Origin: Acidimicrobiales bacterium
Lineage (GTDB): Bacteria; Actinomycetota; Acidimicrobiia; Acidimicrobiales; Bog-793
NCBI GenBank assembly: GCA_049523315.1
Contig: JBEKMZ010000001.1
Location: 15,147 to 79,146 of the forward strand
DNA: 64,000 nt
Direction: 5' to 3'
This document shows positions 55,401 through 64,000 of the stretch, one piece after another; the first letter of the stretch is position 1, and every line of letters begins with the position of its first letter. The notes under the pieces are model-generated. The model did not search any database, was not told where the DNA came from, and saw only the letters and a program-made list of their open reading frames with translations. The position numbers and the translations under genes are program-made.

Positions 55401-55696
55401 GGCAGACCGTGGCAGTCCCAGCCGAAGCGCCGCTCGACGCGCTGGCCGCGCATGGTGCGAAAGCGCGGGACGGCGTCCTTCACGAAGCCCGTGAGGAGGT
55501 GGCCGTAGTGCGGCAACCCGTTCGCGAACGGGGGCCCGTCGTAAAAGACGTACTCGGTCTCAGGCCCGTGCATGGCCACGGACGCCTCGAAGGTGCGGTC
55601 TTCGCGCCAAAAAGCGAGGATCTCCTCCTCTACTGACGGATAACGCGGCTGGGCGGGGACCTGCGGGTATTCACTCGCGCCTGTCGGCTCGGACAT
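52475..55696 (-). CDS. ileS: Isoleucine--tRNA ligase (type 2)
   Basis: [61 protein letters not shown] and KLSKR. The true start is ATG 55696, not the 55954 ORF start. Confidence 0.96.
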   Translation of the reverse strand: MSEPTGASEYPQVPAQPRYPSVEEEILAFWREDRTFEASVAMHGPETEYVFYDGPPFANGLPHYGHLLTGFVKDAVPRFRTMRGQRVERRFGWDCHGLPAEMAAEQELGLSGRQAVIASGIGDFNAYCRRLVQRTTDAWERYVTRQARWVDFEDDYRTMDLSYMESVIWAFKRLHDKGLTYEGFRVLPYCWECETPLSNFETRQDDSYRDRTDPAVTVRFDLEPTDEGPELLRGALGLLAWTTTPWTLPSNLALAVGPELVYSVLALGGRRVVVGEACLEAYSETLAGAEVLGTVRGADLVGRRFLPLFDYFAATPGAFVVLGEDFVALDEGTGIVQMAPGFGEDDQRACEAAGIAVICPVDDRACFTGEVADLAGVQVFEANALIVQKLKSAGALVRAEEYTHSYPHCWRTDTPLIYRAMSSWFVAVTAFKDRMVELNQQITWVPEHVRDGAFGKWLEGARDWSISRNRFWGTPIPVWKSDDPAYPRVDVYGSLDELEADFKVRPDDLHRPAIDELTRPNPDDPTGSSVMRRIPDVLDCWFDSGSMPFAQLHYPFEHAKRFEQHFPADFIVEYVGQTRGWFYTLHVLATALFDRPPFKTCIAHGIVLGDDGRKLSKRLRNFPDPEEVFAAYGADAMRWYLLSSPVLRGLDVVIEEKGLAEPLRLVCNPIWNSWYFLSLYANADGLSGRVRTDQAGVLDRYILAKTRRLVEDATASMDLYDLAGACGYISAFLDALTNWYVRRSRDRFWRPVGAGGIPGEIAGASAPDDKQDAYDTLHTVLEVLTRVAAPFLPFLCEAVYRGLTGERSVHLRPWPAAEELPADPELVDAMDLAREVCSAGHSIRKAAGRRARLPLLSLTVASPGASRLLPYADLIADEVNVRQVKLLDTVGELAEKVLNVIPAALGPRLGPRTQQVIAAARKGDWSRLSDGTLQVGGIGLLPGEFDLRLRPSLPESCRSLPGEVGIVALDLETTPELEAEGTARDVIRLVQRARRDAGLQVTDRIRLWIGVPAASVPVISQWARHIAAQVLAVEIEIEPYEGGDEGAAKDDEAFTAVGELSDRSVIVIRIKRS

Positions 55697-55718
55697 GGCC
55701 ATACAGTAGGCGGCCATG
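55694..55718. promoter_or_regulatory. Bidirectional leaderless promoter shared by ileS and DUF167
   Basis: TACAGT (+, 55702-07) lies 8 nt before ATG 55716; TACTGT (-, 55708-03) lies 6 nt before ATG 55696. Flanked by inverted CATGGCC/GGCCATG. Confidence 0.65.
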
Positions 55719-56093
55719 ACCGATGACCTGTTCGACCTCGTGTCGAGTGAAAAAGGGCCGACCGCGATCATCCTGCGGGTCCGGGTCCAACCCGGCGCGG
55801 GCCGTTCGGCGGTCACGGGCCGCCATGGTGACGCGCTCGCGCTCCGGGTCGCCGCCCCACCGATCGACGGCCGCGCCAACCTCCAGTGCATCGAGCTCGT
55901 CGCCGACATCTTCGGCGTGAGCAAGTCGCAAGTGGAGCTGGTGGCAGGGGACAAGAGCCGCCTGAAGCGCCTGCGCGTGACAGGCGTGGAGCCAGGCCGG
56001 GCGAGGGACCTGCTCGCCCACGAGCTCCGCGCGACGACAGGACGTCCGGGCTCGCACGAGCGCGCCGAGAGGCCGGGACGGTCGAAACCTTGA
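55716..56093 (+). CDS. DUF167 (YggU/UPF0235) protein
   Basis: [27 protein letters not shown] and GDKSRLKRL. Confidence 0.9.
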   Translation: MTDDLFDLVSSEKGPTAIILRVRVQPGAGRSAVTGRHGDALALRVAAPPIDGRANLQCIELVADIFGVSKSQVELVAGDKSRLKRLRVTGVEPGRARDLLAHELRATTGRPGSHERAERPGRSKP

Positions 56094-56187
56094 GATCAAC
56101 AGGGGATTGTTGGCGGGTCGTGACCGCTACGGCTATCGTCAGTGGCCCTCGCCGCGACAGGAGAGACCGATCATACCGACGGCTGTA

Positions 56188-57246
56188 GTGGCGGCAGATA
56201 CCAAGAAGGGAGCGGTCGTGAAGGCGAACGCCTCCAAGGCGCCCGCGAGGGCCGCCGTGACAAAGACGGCCGGTGCGTCGTCGAAGAAGTCCGGCGCGCC
56301 GACGAATTCCTCCGTGCGTGCAGCGGCCGGGAAGGCCCTGACGACGAAAAAGGCCGTCCTGGCGCCTGGCGCCGGCACAGTGGCGAAAGCACCCGCCGGA
56401 GCTCACAAAGCCTCCAAGGCGACCCCGCCCAAGGCCGCGGTGGCCAAGGTAGGAGCGAAGACGCCGAAGGCCCCGAGCATGCCTGCGGTCAAGTCAGCTG
56501 CCAAACCCGCTGGCACCGCCAAGGACACCAAGACCCATGCCAAGGCGGCCGCGGCGAGCATCCCGAGCGTGGCCAAAGCGGCGCCGAAGGCGGCCACGGC
56601 CCCGCCAGCGACCCCGAAGCCGGTGACCAAGCACGCCGCCAAGGCGGCCCCGGTCACCCACAAGGCATCGGAGAAGGCCGTCAAGGCAACCAAGGCCACC
56701 AAGGCGGCCCCGGTCACCCAGGCCAACAAGACGACCGAGGCCGTTAAGCCCGCCAAGACGACCAAAGCCGCGAAGGCGTCTCCTGTCGTCCGTAAGACGC
56801 GGGCGCCGGCGCGCCCTGCAGGCAGGCTCGGCACCGCCACCGCGCCGCACAAGCGGGTGAGCGACGGTTATGGGAAAGACGAGCGCTTCCTCGCGAGCCA
56901 GCGCACGGCGCTGTTGCGCGAGCGGTCGACATACCTCGAGCAGGCGGCCTCGCTCAAGGCAGAGGCCGAGTCCCTCGTCGAGGAGATGGAGCCCGGCGAC
57001 ATCCAGTTCGACGACGAGTCGGGCGAGGGCGGCACCGTCACCGTCGACCGGGAGCGTGACCTCGCCCTCTCGGCGCAGGCCCTGGCCGCGGTCGAGGAGA
57101 TCGATCACACTCTTGCCAAGATGGACAACGGCACCTACGGGATATGTGAGAACTGCGGCCGCCTGATTCCAAAGGCGCGCCTCGAGGCCCTTCCCTACGC
57201 ACGGCTGTGCATCGACTGCAAGAGCGGGGGGCTCTCGAGACGTTGA
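56188..57246 (+). CDS. TraR/DksA C4 zinc-finger protein with a long Lys/Ala-rich N-terminal tail (start 56188 or 56218)
   Basis: C-terminal coiled coil plus [28 protein letters not shown]; about 200 aa of A/K/T/P low-complexity sequence upstream. Confidence 0.85.
   Translation: MAADTKKGAVVKANASKAPARAAVTKTAGASSKKSGAPTNSSVRAAAGKALTTKKAVLAPGAGTVAKAPAGAHKASKATPPKAAVAKVGAKTPKAPSMPAVKSAAKPAGTAKDTKTHAKAAAASIPSVAKAAPKAATAPPATPKPVTKHAAKAAPVTHKASEKAVKATKATKAAPVTQANKTTEAVKPAKTTKAAKASPVVRKTRAPARPAGRLGTATAPHKRVSDGYGKDERFLASQRTALLRERSTYLEQAASLKAEAESLVEEMEPGDIQFDDESGEGGTVTVDRERDLALSAQALAAVEEIDHTLAKMDNGTYGICENCGRLIPKARLEALPYARLCIDCKSGGLSRR
56641..56790 (+). repeat. Degenerate internal repeat (KAAPVT..., about 60-bp period) in the DksA-like tail
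   Basis: AAGGCGGCCCCGGTCACCCA is identical at 56641 and 56701, and a third degenerate KASPVV copy follows. Confidence 0.7.
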
Positions 57247-57794
57247 GCGCGGCCGGCGTCGACCGGTCCGACGCCACCGGGGGAGTGCGACCGGCCGGCG
57301 CGACCGGCCACGGCCGGCGCATTCGCGTGGCCCTGCTTGTCGCGCTCGCCGTCCTCGTCGCCGACCAGGTGACCAAGTCGCTCGCCGTGTCCCGGCTCTC
57401 GTCGGGCTCGATCCACCTGATCGGCCCCTTCGCCCTCGTGCTGTCGTACAACACCGGCGTCGCTTTCAGCATCGGCACGGGCCTCGGCTTGCCGATCGTA
57501 GTGATAGTCGTGGTCATCGTCGCGCTCGTGGCCTGGTTCGGGCGGACCGTTCCAAACATCGCCGCCGCGGTCGGTGTCGGGATGATCCTCGGGGGCGCGA
57601 CCGGCAACCTCGCCGACCGGCTCTTCAGGGGCCACCACGGAGCCGTGGTCGATTTCTTCTACTCGGGCTTTTGGCCGACCTTCAACGTCGCCGACGCCTC
57701 TATCGTCTGTGGGTGCATCGTGTTAGCCGTCGCCTTGTTTCGGGCCACCGGCGCGGCTCGCTCGCGCGAAACTGAGGAGCACTCGGCCCCGTGA
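57243..57794 (+). CDS. lspA: Lipoprotein signal peptidase II
   Basis: [28 protein letters not shown] and [11 protein letters not shown] overlaps the upstream TGA. Confidence 0.93.
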   Translation: MSAAGVDRSDATGGVRPAGATGHGRRIRVALLVALAVLVADQVTKSLAVSRLSSGSIHLIGPFALVLSYNTGVAFSIGTGLGLPIVVIVVVIVALVAWFGRTVPNIAAAVGVGMILGGATGNLADRLFRGHHGAVVDFFYSGFWPTFNVADASIVCGCIVLAVALFRATGAARSRETEEHSAP

Positions 57795-58801
57795 GCGAGC
57801 CAGATGGTACCGTGCCGGAGTCTCTGAACCGGCCGGGCGACAGCGGCGACACGGGCGCCGGAGCCGTTGTCGAGATCCCGCACGCGCTCGCGGGTGAGCG
57901 CGTCGACAGGGTCGTCGCCCTCTTGTCCGGGTGCACCCGGGCACAGGTCCAAAAGCTCATCGCGGCCGGTGGTGTACGCCTCGCCGATGTGACGGTCTCG
58001 GCCGGCAGCCGGAGGGTGAAAGCCGGCGAGCGGTTGGAGACAAACCTTGAGCTGCTGGCCGCCACCGCCCGCCCGCAGGCGCGCCCTGCGGCTCCGGGGG
58101 AGGTGGCATTCAGGGTCGTGTTCGAGGATCAGGCGGTGATCGTCATCGACAAGCCGCCGGGTGTCGTCGTCCATCCTGACGCCGCCCACCACTCGGGCAC
58201 GCTCGTCGCCGGCCTGCTCGCCTCCTACCCTGAGCTCGCCCGCCTGCCGGAGCTCGGCTGTGGCGAGGCGGACCGGCCAGGGATCGTGCACCGCCTCGAC
58301 AAGGACACCTCCGGCCTGCTCGTCGTCGCCCGCAGCCCCGAGGCGTACCGCTCGCTCACCGGCCAACTCGCGGCGCGCACGGTGCACCGCAGCTATCTGG
58401 CCCTCGCTTGCGGCGCCCTCGAGGCAAAGGCGGGAGTCGTGGACGCGCCGATCGGGCGCTCCCTGCGCCACCCGACGCGGATGGCCGTCGCCGTGGGCGG
58501 CCGAGCCGCCCGCACTCACTACGAGGTCCTTCAAAGCTTCGAACTACCCCTCGAGGCGACCTATCTCGAGCTGCGCCTCGAGACGGGCCGCACCCACCAG
58601 ATACGCGTGCACCTGGCCGCGATCGGCCACCCGGTCGTGGGCGACGCCCGTTACGGCGGGGACAGAAGACGCTCGGGCGCGCCGCGGACGTTCCTGCACG
58701 CGGGCGGCCTTTGCTTCGTGCACCCGGTGACCGGGCTGCAGGCGAGCTTTGACTCGCCGCTCCCGGGCGATCTCGCCGCCGTCCTCGAACGGTTCTCCTA
58801 G
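57791..58801 (+). CDS. rluD: RluA/RluD family 23S rRNA pseudouridine synthase with S4 domain
   Basis: GERVDR S4 domain, [22 protein letters not shown] (catalytic Asp) and [12 protein letters not shown]. Confidence 0.88.
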   Translation: MSEPDGTVPESLNRPGDSGDTGAGAVVEIPHALAGERVDRVVALLSGCTRAQVQKLIAAGGVRLADVTVSAGSRRVKAGERLETNLELLAATARPQARPAAPGEVAFRVVFEDQAVIVIDKPPGVVVHPDAAHHSGTLVAGLLASYPELARLPELGCGEADRPGIVHRLDKDTSGLLVVARSPEAYRSLTGQLAARTVHRSYLALACGALEAKAGVVDAPIGRSLRHPTRMAVAVGGRAARTHYEVLQSFELPLEATYLELRLETGRTHQIRVHLAAIGHPVVGDARYGGDRRRSGAPRTFLHAGGLCFVHPVTGLQASFDSPLPGDLAAVLERFS

Positions 58802-58885
58802 CCCGCTCGGCACCAGCGCGACCGCCCCCGGAGCGAGCGCGCCGGTAATCGCGCAGAGACCGTCAGTTGCCAAGAGGCGAGAGCC

Positions 58886-59704
58886 TCAAGCGGCGTCGTG
58901 AACTCCCTCGACCTCGGGCTGGACGGCCAGGAAGGCCAACGCGGAGGACTCGATGCGCCTCACGCGACGGACCCCTATCCCGAGGGTGCGCGCCGTCGAC
59001 TCCAACGAGGCGGGCGGGCTGCCATCGAGGCCGAAGCGCAGACGCACGACATGGCGCTCCAGCTCGGGCAGGCGCTCGATGGCGGCGTCGAGCTTGCCCA
59101 GGGTCAAGGTACGGGCGATCTCGTCCTCGAACGGGGGCTCGTCACCGCTCACGACGTCACCGAGGGTGGCGGTGGCCTCGCTGGTCAGGGGCTGGTCCAA
59201 GCTGGCGACGACACGGGGCAGCCGGGCGTGGTCCGGGTCTGCCTCGAGCTCGGATGCGAGAGCATCCTCGGGGAGCCGGATGGCGCGCCCCTTCGACTGC
59301 ACGGCGCGCTGGAGGGCCTGGCGGATCCACCAGGTGGCATAGGTCGAGAAGCGGAACCCCTTGCGCCAGTCGAACTTCTCGACCGCGCGCATCAGGCCGA
59401 ACGTGCCCTCCTGGACGAGGTCGATCAGATCGACTCCGCGTCCCTGATAACGACGCGCCCAGTGCACCACGAGGCGCAGGTTGGACCCGATCATCTGCTT
59501 GCGGGCTTCCTCGTCGCCCTGCTCGATCCTCTTGGCGAGCTCGGTCTGCTCTTCGGCGCTGAGAAGCGGGAAACGGCCGAGATCGTCGAGGAAAAGCCGC
59601 ATCAGGTCTGGCCCGCCGGAACTGGGCTCTCTCGTGACGCGATTCCGCTCGCCGGCGCTCAGCTCCGGCACGTTGGAATCCTCGATCTTGTTGTCGGCTG
59701 GAAT
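58886..59704 (-). CDS. Group-2-like sigma70 factor with shortened region 3 (start ATT 59704 or GTG 59671)
   Basis: Region 1.2 (FLDDLGRFPLLS), region 2 (NLRLVV...DLVQEG..GL.RAVEKFD..KGFRFSTYATWWIRQ) and region 4 HTH. Confidence 0.85.
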   Translation of the reverse strand: MPADNKIEDSNVPELSAGERNRVTREPSSGGPDLMRLFLDDLGRFPLLSAEEQTELAKRIEQGDEEARKQMIGSNLRLVVHWARRYQGRGVDLIDLVQEGTFGLMRAVEKFDWRKGFRFSTYATWWIRQALQRAVQSKGRAIRLPEDALASELEADPDHARLPRVVASLDQPLTSEATATLGDVVSGDEPPFEDEIARTLTLGKLDAAIERLPELERHVVRLRFGLDGSPPASLESTARTLGIGVRRVRRIESSALAFLAVQPEVEGVHDAA

Positions 59705-59841
59705 GACGCTCCTCCCCCTTCCTGAGTTCGGTGGTTCACCACCTACAACGCGATTCGCGGCTCTGCCATTCCGTACCGGCGCGACTTTCCTTGCCGATGC
59801 CGGTCCCCGTTTGCGGAGACGGGCATGCACGCGTCGGCGGG

Positions 59842-60285
59842 TCAATCGAGCGGGGTTTGCGGCGGGGCGTCGCCCCGGGCCCGCAGCACCATGTCCTTGA
59901 GGGTAAAAGAGTCGAGATGGTGTCGCATGTGCTCACCCACGTCGGCCCACACGGCCAGCAGCACGCACTGCCCCTCGTGGTCACAGGCGCCATTCTGATG
60001 CGGTGGGCCGAAGTCCCCGGCCACGATGGGCCCGTCGACCGCGCTCACGATCTGGCCCAGGGTGATCTGCTCCGGCAGGCGGGCGAGGACATAGCCGCCC
60101 CCGACGCCTCGCTTGGAGCGCACGATGCCGGCACCTTTTAAGGCGAGGAGGATCTGCTCGAGGTACGGCTGGGGAAGGCCAGTGCGCTCGGCTATGTCGC
60201 GGACCGAGGTTGGCGTCGCATCCTCGCGAAGCGCCAGGGAGAGCAGCGCCCTGCTTGCATAGTCCCCACGCGTCGACACCTTCAC
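59842..60285 (-). CDS. Rrf2 family transcriptional regulator
   Basis: MKVSTRGDYA, YLEQIL..LK.AGIVRSKRG..GGY.LA, ITLGQIV.AVDG and CDHEGQC. TACGAT lies 7 nt before GTG 60285. Confidence 0.92.
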   Translation of the reverse strand: MKVSTRGDYASRALLSLALREDATPTSVRDIAERTGLPQPYLEQILLALKGAGIVRSKRGVGGGYVLARLPEQITLGQIVSAVDGPIVAGDFGPPHQNGACDHEGQCVLLAVWADVGEHMRHHLDSFTLKDMVLRARGDAPPQTPLD

Positions 60286-60489
60286 GACTCTCATCGTACG
60301 GCCGTGGCCGCGGCCCGGGAGAGTTCGCGCCCAACCGGGCGGCCCGGCCCGGTGCGCATCCGCCTGCAAGGCGGGCCGGTCCACCAGAATGGAATGATGT
60401 GGCGGAAGCCCGACAGGGCCGTGAGCTGGGCTGATATGGTCCGCTCGCGCGCCTGGGCGCGTCCGGTGCCAAAAACAAGGGGTAAGTGT

Positions 60490-61788
60490 TTGTCGAGTCC
60501 TCGTAGGTCGCTCGGGGTGCTCGCGGTTGTCGCCCTCGTCGCGGCGGCGTGCGGCAACGCAAAGGCCACGGTGACCCATGCCGGCAACAACGAGGGAGTG
60601 AGCGGGTCGCGCATCGTCGTCGGTGGCGTCGCCTCTTTGACGGGGCCGATCACGGCAGCCTTCGCGCCCATCTTCGACGGGGTGAACGCGTATTTGGACA
60701 TGGTCAACGCGAAGGGCGGCGTGAACGGCCGCAAGATCGACTTCGCCTACCCGCTCGACGACGGGTCGAGCCCGTCCCAGGACACAGACCAGGTGCGCAC
60801 GCTCGTCGGACAGGACCATGTCTTCGCAGTCCTCGGCGTCGGCACGCCGACCTTTGCCGGGGCGAGCTATCTCGCTGCCAACGACGTCCCGACCTTCGGG
60901 TATACGGTCAGCACCCAGTGGGCGGCGGGACCGAGCCTTTTCGGGTCGGAGGGCTCCTACCTGGCCTTCACCCGCCCCGGCCCGGAGCCCGCCTACCTTG
61001 CCGAGCAGCTCCACGCCAAGGCGGTCGGCATCCTCGCCTACAACGTCAGCGGGTCATCGCAGGGCTGTGAGGGAGTCGCCTATGAGATGAGAAAGTTCCA
61101 CATACCGGTCGTCTACGAGGACACCTCCATTCCGGCCCCGCCTGTCGACCTCACCGCTGACGTCAACCGGATGAAGTCCGCAGGCGTTGACCTTGTAGCC
61201 AGCTGCATGGACCTTTCCGGCAACATCTTGCTCTCTCGCACCATGCACCAGGACGGCATGGGCGCGGTGGCCCAGTACTGGCTCAGCGGCTACGACGAGT
61301 CCGCCATCGCCAGCTACTCCTCGCTCATGCAGGGCGTCTACTTCCTCATCGGCCACGTCCCTTTCGAGTCGGCCTTACTCACGCCCGGAACGTACCCGGG
61401 GATGGACCTGTATCTGACCGAGCTCGCCAAGTACTTCCCGCACGAGCTGCCCGGGGAGGCCTCGCTCGCCGGATGGGTCGACGCTGACATGTTCGTGACG
61501 GGGCTGCGCCTTGTCGGGCGCGACGTCACCCGCACTGGGCTCGTCAAGGCCCTCAACGCCTTGACGGGTTTTACGGCCGACGGCATCGTCGCGCCGATCG
61601 ACTGGCACTACGAGCACCGCTCCGTCGGACCGGTCGACTGCAACGTCTACGTGCGGGCGCTCGGCGGCCACTTCGTGCCCTTGTTCGGCTCGGCCCGAAC
61701 CGTCTTCACCTGCTTCGAGGTGCCCCAGCCGGCCGGAGCCGCCCACGTGGACGTGATCGCGCCGCCGGCGGGCGTGCCCGGGACTTGA
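60490..61788 (+). CDS. ABC transporter substrate-binding lipoprotein (branched-chain amino acid / LivJ-like)
   Basis: Lipobox LVAAAC-G, SLTGP, NAKGGVNGRKI and DDGSSP. TTG 60490 is the likely start. Confidence 0.85.
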   Translation: MSSPRRSLGVLAVVALVAAACGNAKATVTHAGNNEGVSGSRIVVGGVASLTGPITAAFAPIFDGVNAYLDMVNAKGGVNGRKIDFAYPLDDGSSPSQDTDQVRTLVGQDHVFAVLGVGTPTFAGASYLAANDVPTFGYTVSTQWAAGPSLFGSEGSYLAFTRPGPEPAYLAEQLHAKAVGILAYNVSGSSQGCEGVAYEMRKFHIPVVYEDTSIPAPPVDLTADVNRMKSAGVDLVASCMDLSGNILLSRTMHQDGMGAVAQYWLSGYDESAIASYSSLMQGVYFLIGHVPFESALLTPGTYPGMDLYLTELAKYFPHELPGEASLAGWVDADMFVTGLRLVGRDVTRTGLVKALNALTGFTADGIVAPIDWHYEHRSVGPVDCNVYVRALGGHFVPLFGSARTVFTCFEVPQPAGAAHVDVIAPPAGVPGT

Positions 61789-61816
61789 AGGAGCTGAGCA
61801 CGGGGCCGGCGCTCGG

Positions 61817-63751
61817 ATGACACAGTTCCTCAGCTATGCCCTCCCGGGGTTGCCCTATGGGTGCGTGTTCGCCCTCATGGCCGTCGGCCTCGTGCTCACC
61901 TACCAGACATCTGGGGTCTTCAACCTCGCCTACGGTGCCCAGGCGTACGCGTCGGCGCTGATCTTCTACGTCTGCGTCCACGCCGGCTGGCCGAACTGGG
62001 CCGCATTCGTGACCGCCGTCGTCCTCGTCGCGCCCGTCCTGGGGCTCGCAATGGACCGTTTCCTCTACAGGTTCATCCGCTCGGCCCCGGTGCTCGTCAA
62101 GCTGGTGAGCGCGCTAGGGATGCTGATCGCGATCCCGAGCGCCCTCCAGCTCGTCTTCGGTGGACAGCAACGCCTGGCGCCGCCGTCGTTGTGGCTACCA
62201 CCCGGGTCGGTGTACTTCCACCTGGCGGGCGACGCCATCAACGGCACCGAACTCTCGACGGTCATCGTCACACTTGCCGTCGTGCTGCTGGCGTCGTTGA
62301 TGTCGCACTTCACCCAGATCGGCCTGAGGATGCGGGCGATGGCCGAGAGCCCGCGGATGGTCGAGCTCGCCGGGATCAACTCCGAGCGCGTCGGGATCGC
62401 CATATGGGTGCTGTCCAGCTTCCTCGCCGGCCTCGCCGGGGTGCTGTTAGCGCCGTTGTTCGCCGACCTGCAGTCGCTGAACTTCACCGAACTGCTCATC
62501 GCCGCCATCGCGGCCGCTGCCCTCGGGAGCCTGACGAGCCTTCCCCTGGCCTTCTGGGGCGGGATCGGCCTCGGCGTCGTCCAGGAGCTCCTCGGCGGCT
62601 ACCTCCCGAGCGGGAGCGTGCTGTCCTCAGGCCTGCGGCCGGCCCTTCCCTTCGTGGTGCTGATCGGACTGCTGCTGGCCCTGCCAGGGCTTCGCGAACG
62701 GTGGTTCCACGACGACCCGCTCGCGGCCTGCGACCCGCCGCCCCCGCCGATGGCGACAACGATCGCTGGAGGAAGCTTCGGGGGAGCCTTGCGCGTCGCC
62801 CGCTGGGCCGTGCTGGCGGTGTCCTTCGTCTCGTGCCTGACCTGGGTGCCGGGCAACTGGACCTTTACGCTCACCCAGGGGCTCGCGTACTCGATCGTAT
62901 TTCTGTCCATCGTGCTGCTGACGGGGATGAGCGGCCAGATCTCCCTTTGCCAGGCATCTTTCGCGGGCATCGGGGCGTTTACCTGCGCCCAGCTCGCGAG
63001 CCACTTCGGAGCCTCGGTCCTGCTCGGCATAGTGGCCGGGGGCGCCGTTGCAGCCCTGGTCGGGGTGGTGGTGGCCCTGCCCGCGCTGCGCCTCGGGGGA
63101 CTTGCCCTGGCGCTCGCGACCCTCGCGTTCGGCCTTCTGGCCGACAACGTCGGCTTCCAGTTCTCCTGGTCGGGGAACGGCGACTCGGGCGTCAACGTCC
63201 CGCGCCCGCAGATCGGCTCGCTCAGCTTCGCGAGCGGAAAGGCCTTCTTCGTCCTGGCTTTTGCCGTCCTAGTGGTCTGCTCGCTCGTCGTGCTCGCCAT
63301 ACGCCGGGGCACGACGGGACGCGAGCTCGCGGCGATGCGGGGGAGCGAACTCGCAGCCGCGTCCATCGGCACGAACCTGGCCAAATTGAAGATCACGGTC
63401 TTCGCGCTCGCGGCGGGGCTCGCGGGCGTGGGCGGGGCGCTGTACGGCTCCTTGCAGGGGACCGTCTCGCCGAACGACTTCAACTCACTCCTGTCGCTCG
63501 TGTTCATGGTCGTCGTCGTGACGACGGGGGTCTACACCGTGGAAGGCGCGATCCAAGCGGGCATGGCCTATGTGATCCTCTACCAGCTGCTCGACTACCT
63601 TCCGTCGCAGTGGCGCAACCTCTTCCCGATCCTGTTCGGGCTCGGGGCGGTCACCTACGCGCTTCATCCCGAAGGGGTCGTGGAATGGCAGAAACGGCGC
63701 GCCGTCGAGCTCGCCGTCGCCGTGCGCAAGCACCCCGAGGCGGTCGGCTGA
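61817..63751 (+). CDS. Fused LivH-LivM type ABC permease
   Basis: YALMAVG-like GCVFALMAVGLVLTYQTSGVFNLAYG, GLRMRAMAE, TGMSGQISLCQ and ALALATLAF...AAASIG. Confidence 0.9.
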   Translation: MTQFLSYALPGLPYGCVFALMAVGLVLTYQTSGVFNLAYGAQAYASALIFYVCVHAGWPNWAAFVTAVVLVAPVLGLAMDRFLYRFIRSAPVLVKLVSALGMLIAIPSALQLVFGGQQRLAPPSLWLPPGSVYFHLAGDAINGTELSTVIVTLAVVLLASLMSHFTQIGLRMRAMAESPRMVELAGINSERVGIAIWVLSSFLAGLAGVLLAPLFADLQSLNFTELLIAAIAAAALGSLTSLPLAFWGGIGLGVVQELLGGYLPSGSVLSSGLRPALPFVVLIGLLLALPGLRERWFHDDPLAACDPPPPPMATTIAGGSFGGALRVARWAVLAVSFVSCLTWVPGNWTFTLTQGLAYSIVFLSIVLLTGMSGQISLCQASFAGIGAFTCAQLASHFGASVLLGIVAGGAVAALVGVVVALPALRLGGLALALATLAFGLLADNVGFQFSWSGNGDSGVNVPRPQIGSLSFASGKAFFVLAFAVLVVCSLVVLAIRRGTTGRELAAMRGSELAAASIGTNLAKLKITVFALAAGLAGVGGALYGSLQGTVSPNDFNSLLSLVFMVVVVTTGVYTVEGAIQAGMAYVILYQLLDYLPSQWRNLFPILFGLGAVTYALHPEGVVEWQKRRAVELAVAVRKHPEAVG

Positions 63752-63752
63752 G

Positions 63753-64000
63753 ATGTCCCTCATCGAGGCCCGCGCGATAACCAAGCACTTCGGCGGCATC
63801 GTCGCCCTCGACGACGTCTCGATCGCCCTCGAGCGCGGTGAGGCCGTCGCTCTCGTAGGCCCGAACGGGGCCGGGAAGACGACCCTTTTCGATTGCCTGA
63901 ACGGGGTCCGCCACTACGAGTCGGGAGAGGTCCGCTTCGAGGGACGCCGGATCGACCGCCTGCCGGTCTACGAGCGTGCCCGGCTCGGCATCGGCCGGAC
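63753..64000 (+). CDS. ABC ATP-binding protein (LivG-like), 3'-truncated by the window edge
   Basis: Translated by hand: MSLIEARAITKHFGGIVALDDVSI...LVGPNGAGKTTLFDC (Walker A). Confidence 0.88.
   Translation, partial: MSLIEARAITKHFGGIVALDDVSIALERGEAVALVGPNGAGKTTLFDCLNGVRHYESGEVRFEGRRIDRLPVYERARLGIGR

Noticed and set aside
55697-55954. ileS N-terminal extension (1159-aa ORF) or T-box leader
   Set aside because: This stretch is the DUF167 gene on the other strand; no T-box motif is present.
59842-61014. 390-aa ORF as an Rrf2 fusion protein
   Set aside because: The upstream part is antisense to the ABC binding-protein gene; the -10 box supports GTG 60285.
1-64000. tRNA, rRNA, IS elements or prophage genes
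   Set aside because: No T-arm GTTCRA cloverleaf, rRNA-like tract, transposase, integrase or phage structural motif was seen by eye; a tRNAscan/ISEScan run would be the decisive check.

Overview
High-GC core-genome window from an actinobacterium, most likely class Acidimicrobiia (inferred from gene content, order and protein style). In order it holds: (1) a glycan / GDP-mannose / F420 block: GT2, Thr-repeat protein, NDP-sugar pyrophosphorylase, epimerase, cofD-cofE, three tandem GT4s, an Rmd-like reductase, and a ~1020-aa GT2-membrane fusion plus a DUF5719-like partner; (2) ftsH, a CPBP protease, phosphomannomutase, Trm112-like protein, PGI/PMI and ahcY; (3) a raiA-motif structured ncRNA, missed by the ORF track, directly upstream of hpf/raiA; (4) miaA-dapF-hflX-dapC-dapD-dapE; (5) lexA divergent from a LysM gene with four SOS boxes, then nrdR, a PIG-L protein and dinB; (6) DUF3040, a truncated ROK, an HNH nuclease and a lipoate-ligase-like gene; (7) the dcw cluster from mraZ to divIVA, which lacks murF and murD; (8) ileS and DUF167 sharing a bidirectional leaderless promoter, a DksA-like protein with a histone-like tail, lspA and an RluA/D synthase; (9) a group-2-like sigma70 factor with a shortened region 3, an Rrf2 regulator and a branched-chain-amino-acid-type ABC transporter that runs off the end. 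I found no tRNA, rRNA, CRISPR array or transposase. The strongest leads are the raiA RNA with an enlarged variable arm, an mraW-like RNA switch before rsmH, the odd sigma factor, the GT-A/GT-C-like glycosylation pair, the Cys-to-Ser DapF and the dcw gene losses. All calls come from reading motifs by eye; no searches were run.
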